Origin: Anthoceros angustus
Taxonomy: Eukaryota > Plantae > Anthocerotophyta
Assembly (NCBI GenBank): GCA_010909165.1
Contig: MU008163.1
Location: forward strand, 496,001-560,000
Direction of reading: 5' to 3'
Length of the DNA: 64,000 bases
In this document: one piece after another, positions 59,391 through 64,000 of the stretch
Layout of the letters: each line of letters begins with the position of its first letter
Numbering within the stretch: position 1 is the first letter of the stretch
Notes under the pieces: generated by a model
Told to the model about the DNA's origin: nothing
Databases searched by the model: none
Seen by the model: only the letters and a program-made list of their open reading frames with translations
Position numbers and translations under genes: made by a program

Positions 59391-62189
59391 CTACAAATGC
59401 CCTTCATCCCTTCCATTATCAGATACACTCTGCAACAGATGCGGCAAATAACCTTCTTTCCTCAATTGGGGAAGAAGCTGTTCCAGCTTTGCATATATCT
59501 CGTCGCTGTCGGGATGCTTTGAATCCCCAACCACAAAACTATGCACCAGCCCGTTCATGCCTGTCCACCAGCTCTGGCCCGGCTGTTTCCATGCCCCAAC
59601 TGCTTTTCTCCTGGTCTGCATTTCCTCTGCCTGCTCCCACATCTGGGCACCGGTAAATATGTTCGACATCAGGACATATGGTGCAGAATCTTTTTCATCT
59701 AGCTTCACTGCTTCCTCAAAAGCAAGGCGTCCCACCTCAACGTTGCTCCATTTTAAACAAGCTGCCAAGAGAGTGCGCCAGACTGCACTATTAGGCTGTT
59801 CAGGCATGGTCCTAATTAGTGCTAGTGCCTCCTCAAGTTGCCCCGCACGACCCAGGAGATCTACGATGCATGAGTAGTGCTCCGCAGTAGGATTGATCCC
59901 ATCCTGTCCTCTCATAGCCTCAAAGTACTCCTGCCCTTTGGTCACTAGCCCTGCATGACTGCATACTGTTAGTACACTAAGGAATGTGATTCCGTCTGGC
60001 AGTATGCCCTCCTCTCGCATTCTTCCAACCAGGTCGAAAACCACTTCACTGTTTCCTTGACGGGTGTATCCTGTAATCAGTGTATTCCAGGCAACAATGT
60101 CTTTTTTGGGCAATGCGTTGAACACATCCTCTGCTTCAACCATGCTCCCAGACTTTGCATACATGTTTATCAAACTGATGGCCACAAAGACGTCAGCTTG
60201 AAGCCCTTGTTCTTCAATCTCAGAATGAAGCTGCCGTCCAGGAAGCAAAGCTGCTACATTTGCACATGCCTGCAGGAGGCACACAAATGTCACAGAATCG
60301 GGTGCGGCGGCACCTTCGTTTCTCATAGCACTGTATAGACGGAGGGCTTCCTGTGCCTTAGCCTCCTGGGAATATCCTGCTATCATGGCGTTCCAAGTAA
60401 CCACATCTTTTTTACCAAGTCCGTTAAACACCTTTTGGGCATCCTCCAGGCTGCCACACTTTGCATACATGTTTACCAGGCTGTTGGCTACAGAAACATC
60501 AGCTTGGAGGCCTTGTTCTTCAATTTCAGCATGTACCTGCTTCCCCCTCTCCAAAGCCGCTGTACCCAGACTTGCACATGCCTGCAGGACGCACACAAAT
60601 GTGACAGGATCAGGTGGAGCACCGCCGTCTTCTCTCAAAGCACTGTATATGCAAAGGGCTTCGTGACCCCTGCCTTGCTGGGAATATCCTGCTATCATGG
60701 CATTCCATGTCACCCCATCCTTCTGACTAAGGCCGTCAAATAAGCCTTGGGCATCCTCTACGCTGCCACACTTGGCATACATGTTCACCAAACTGTTGGC
60801 TACAACCACGTCAGCCTGAAGCCCCTTTCCTTCGATCTCAGCATGCAGCTGCTTCCCCTGCTCTAAACCTGGGGTACCCACACTTGCACATGCCTGCAGG
60901 AGGCAAGCAAATGTCACAGAATCGGGTGGAACGACACCTTCCTCTCTCATAGCACTGTAGAGATGAAGCGCTTCCGGGCCCATGCCTTGCTGGGAATATC
61001 CTGCCATCAGAGCAGTCCATGTCACCACATCTTTTTGACCGAGTCCATCAAATACGTCCTGGGCATCCTTTAGGCTGCCACACTTTGCATACATATATAT
61101 CAAGCTGTTGACTACAAACACATCAGCTTGAAGCCCCCGGCATGCAATCTGTGCATGAAGCTGCTTCCCCCTCTCCAAAGCTAGGGTACCCACTGAAGCA
61201 CATGCCTGCAAGAGGCACACAAAGGTCACAGAATCAGGAGCTGCGACACCCTCGTCTTGCATAGCACTGTAGAGACAGAGCGCTTCCTGGCCCATGCCCT
61301 GCTGGGAATATCCTCTTATCATAGCAGTCCAAGTCACCACATCTTTTCGAGGAAGTCGGTCAAACACGCGTTGAGCGTCTTTCAGGCTGCCACATTTCGC
61401 ATACATATCAACCAAGCCACTACAAACAAACAAATCTGGCTCGACCCCGCTGTCCAATACATCGGCATGCACCTGCTGCCCACTTTTCAAGTCTGCTTCC
61501 CTTGCACAAGCCTGAAGAGCTGCTACAAACACATGGCCATCAGGCTTGACACTTGACCTGCTCATTTGACAATACAACTGTAAGGCCTGCTTCGCTTGTC
61601 CATGTTTCGCATGCGCAGAGATTATGGAAGACCACAAGAAGGCATCTGGCTTGGCAACGACGGAGAACACATCCATCGCTTCTTGCAACCTGCCATGAGA
61701 AGAATACATTCGCAGGATGTGGTTGCACAGAAACGTGTCCCCATCATAGCCCTGTTTCACCGTCAAAGCATGAATTCGACGACCCAGAACCAGATCCTTG
61801 TGAACCACGCACTGTTTTAGGACAGCCCAAAAGAGAGACCTGGAAACACGATAATCTCTCTGCACCAGACCTCCCAGAGCTTCAGCAGCCTCACTGACCT
61901 GCCCCTGCTGAGATAGTTTGCTCACGATTTCAGCCGTTATGCCTCCTTGATATCTTGCAGGGTCTGTAGCATTCGGCAAGCCCGCACCCGGAAGATCTCT
62001 TGGACAGGCAGGGTTCATTGCAAGGCAGTAAGATCTTTCTTGACGAGCTGCTATCCCCCCACTTTGCCTTTGTCGGGCACAGGAAAGCTGTTGCCACAGG
62101 AAGTTCTGCTGCCCTCTGTGTGCATGAAGCCACGCAGCCATGATTCTCAGAAACATTCGCTGAACCCATGGAGTTGAGCCTGAGTGCAA
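59391..62189 (-). CDS. PLS-class PPR RNA-editing factor with E1/E2/E+ domains and truncated DYW; intronless; start may be ATG at 62156
   Basis: About 20 P/L/S repeats ('KCGSL.DA..VF..L..KDVVTW.AMI'), 'CSHAGLV', 'HYSCIVDLLGRAG', 'QPGQSWWT...VHSFVVGDSKHP'. The stop falls before the HxE zinc motif. Confidence 0.93.
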   Translation of the reverse strand: MHSGSTPWVQRMFLRIMAAWLHAHRGQQNFLWQQLSCARQRQSGGIAARQERSYCLAMNPACPRDLPGAGLPNATDPARYQGGITAEIVSKLSQQGQVSEAAEALGGLVQRDYRVSRSLFWAVLKQCVVHKDLVLGRRIHALTVKQGYDGDTFLCNHILRMYSSHGRLQEAMDVFSVVAKPDAFLWSSIISAHAKHGQAKQALQLYCQMSRSSVKPDGHVFVAALQACAREADLKSGQQVHADVLDSGVEPDLFVCSGLVDMYAKCGSLKDAQRVFDRLPRKDVVTWTAMIRGYSQQGMGQEALCLYSAMQDEGVAAPDSVTFVCLLQACASVGTLALERGKQLHAQIACRGLQADVFVVNSLIYMYAKCGSLKDAQDVFDGLGQKDVVTWTALMAGYSQQGMGPEALHLYSAMREEGVVPPDSVTFACLLQACASVGTPGLEQGKQLHAEIEGKGLQADVVVANSLVNMYAKCGSVEDAQGLFDGLSQKDGVTWNAMIAGYSQQGRGHEALCIYSALREDGGAPPDPVTFVCVLQACASLGTAALERGKQVHAEIEEQGLQADVSVANSLVNMYAKCGSLEDAQKVFNGLGKKDVVTWNAMIAGYSQEAKAQEALRLYSAMRNEGAAAPDSVTFVCLLQACANVAALLPGRQLHSEIEEQGLQADVFVAISLINMYAKSGSMVEAEDVFNALPKKDIVAWNTLITGYTRQGNSEVVFDLVGRMREEGILPDGITFLSVLTVCSHAGLVTKGQEYFEAMRGQDGINPTAEHYSCIVDLLGRAGQLEEALALIRTMPEQPNSAVWRTLLAACLKWSNVEVGRLAFEEAVKLDEKDSAPYVLMSNIFTGAQMWEQAEEMQTRRKAVGAWKQPGQSWWTGMNGLVHSFVVGDSKHPDSDEIYAKLEQLLPQLRKEGYLPHLLQSVSDNGRDEGHL

Positions 62190-63096
62190 AACCCGGCTCG
62201 AGGAGACAGGTGGGCTAATTCCGCAAGTGATGTCTACTCTCTTCAGCCATCCAGGCCAAACGGAAGATACGAGCTAGCGTACTCGTCGCCGTCACGTACG
62301 ACCACGTCAAAGCTTCTCCTGCTTGGAATGTCCCTTGTGCTTTCTTCTCATGGGATTGCAGAAGCTGTGCAGATCTTGCTCGCCATGCCGACAAAGCTTG
62401 CGTGTATGCCACCTACGAACTTCATACTGGTATTAGCTGTCAGTTTCCTTCTCGATCATGCTGCTCCCTGGTCCCTCCTTCTGCCATGAGGAACTCGCAG
62501 GTTCATCACACAGGCAGAATCCCCTTGTCGGCATTCCATCTGAGGATTTGACATACACCAAACTGTGTAACAGTCAGAGACAGCATACAAACCTGTAGCC
62601 AAGCGCCCTTACTCGGCATTCTCCAAAGGCAATGGAAATGCTTATACAATTGCATAAGCCAGTTCATGCATAACGAAGGAATTGAAAGTCGAGTCCAGTT
62701 TGCCTCAGGAAGTTGCTTGGGAGAGTGTAGGGCTCAATCTAGCTAGTAGGCTTGTAAGAGGCACAAAGGTGAAGTCAGAGTGCAGAAGGAGGATCATTGA
62801 AGAGTCTTTATTTCACAGTCCACCCACAATGCTATGAGTGCAGATGCACCGAAAGGTCGAGAGACAGTCCAGAACAGCGAGAATGCTCCATCTGCAGCAT
62901 GACAAGGCCAATTCCCAAAGGACCAAAACCGGAGACAAAAGGGTCAGGTGAAGACCTCAGCTAGCCCATAAGCGTCCAGAAAATTGCTCAGACTGCGTGA
63001 AGCGCAAATCCAACGACATGGAAAGTTGTCTGCCCTCATGCCTCATCGAGCCAGAAACAACATACGTCAACATGGCCAGGAAGGGCTCCATGCCTA

Positions 63097-63363
63097 TCAT
63101 GTGCTCCGACTCCGGATAGATGTTGGCAGCCTCGGCCCGCTACCATTGTAGATGATCTCACAATCTCTAAGTGCCGATCCCAGACCCAGACCCGCGCCAA
63201 AAGCCACAGAGGCCCATCTGGTTGAAGGGCTCCTGAAGAGCAGCAAAGCGCCGAAGGTCCCTGCCACGGTTGAATACACAACGCGGCGCAGTGTGAGATC
63301 GATGCAAGCATCCCACTTGTCCTCGAAGACCAACTCCGACGGTCTCTCTTTCACATCTTCCAT
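63097..63363 (-). CDS. MIC10: MICOS complex subunit Mic10, intronless
   Basis: 'KWDACIDLTLRRVVYST.AG.FGALLLFRSP.TRWASVAFGAGLGLGSA' is the plant Mic10 pattern with the GxGxG motif. Confidence 0.88.
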   Translation of the reverse strand: MEDVKERPSELVFEDKWDACIDLTLRRVVYSTVAGTFGALLLFRSPSTRWASVAFGAGLGLGSALRDCEIIYNGSGPRLPTSIRSRST

Positions 63364-64000
63364 CCCTTCACGCCGAGCTTCCTGAAAGCATGACAATCCC
63401 ACAAATTATCAGCTGCAGGGACAAGCGCAGCGAGCTCTGCTAGTGCAATGAGGCCTGCATCCGACCTTACCCGTACCACACTCTCCGCTTCCGCTTGTAC
63501 GTCAGTGAATGTCCGGCAAATGCACAGCAACCGGAACTTTGCTCTTCGCTCCGTTTAGGGCTTCCGAAGATGAAGTTAGCGAATGGACACCTATACAACT
63601 ACGAAATCTATCGACACGCGACACACAGTGGAGCTAGGCAGCGTCTTTGCGGATTTTCATGTCATCGACAAGTAGGTTCAACATGTACTAGTTTATCGTG
63701 TGCTGAATGCACACCCTTCAACATGTGAAGTTTTTATTAAGAAAAGAGGAGATTGGACGTGAACCCTCCACTAAAGGCCATCATAAGGAGAGCCCAAGGG
63801 TTACACTATGTGAGCAGCCAAAATCAACATGGGCCATTCGTCCTGCAAGTTTGTCAGCAGTGTGGATTCCAGTCTCTCACTCTTTGTGAGAGTCGCGCAA
63901 GCCTTGAATTGAAGAAGCCAGAATCGCCGCAATATGCAGACGAAAAGGGCGGGCCGGCTCTGCCACTTTGATGAAGCTTTGAGGTGGATCTTTTTCTTGA

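Noticed and set aside
59557-61897. Many plus-strand ORFs over the PPR gene (likewise 3644-4159 over the LINE and 30113-30799 over the PPR pseudogene)
   Set aside because: Antisense shadows of recognisable coding sequence on the other strand.

Overview
Eukaryotic, non-seed-plant nuclear DNA, most likely a hornwort or similar. This is inferred from ~100-bp GT-AG introns, GC-balanced composition and a PLS-PPR with a 'PGxSWW' box. About 1-41.8 kb is a nested transposon graveyard. It holds a LINE; two related Copia elements carrying a conserved extra ORF upstream of gag; Copia and Gypsy pol fragments; a 2.9-kb TIR element with KDZ-like transposase remnants; a PPR pseudogene; three diverged copies of an unidentified spliced gene/repeat family; and two tandem duplications (3.65 kb, 0.94 kb) whose indel-rich copies may be assembly artefacts. 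41.9-53 kb is a compact gene island: a UPF0643-like gene (-), a PHT4/ANTR anion transporter (+), an intact but motif-divergent CSLA glycosyltransferase (-) and RAD9 (+). It is followed by a decayed Harbinger split by a probable solo LTR, a PLS-E+ PPR gene (-) and MIC10 (-). No rRNA, tRNA or CRISPR array is supported. Best leads: the Copia upstream ORF, the CSLA with QxxRW changed to QCNRL, the KDZ-like element, the UPF0643-like gene and a repeated perfect hairpin lying just after a conserved stop codon. All family assignments are from motif recognition by eye, not database searches.
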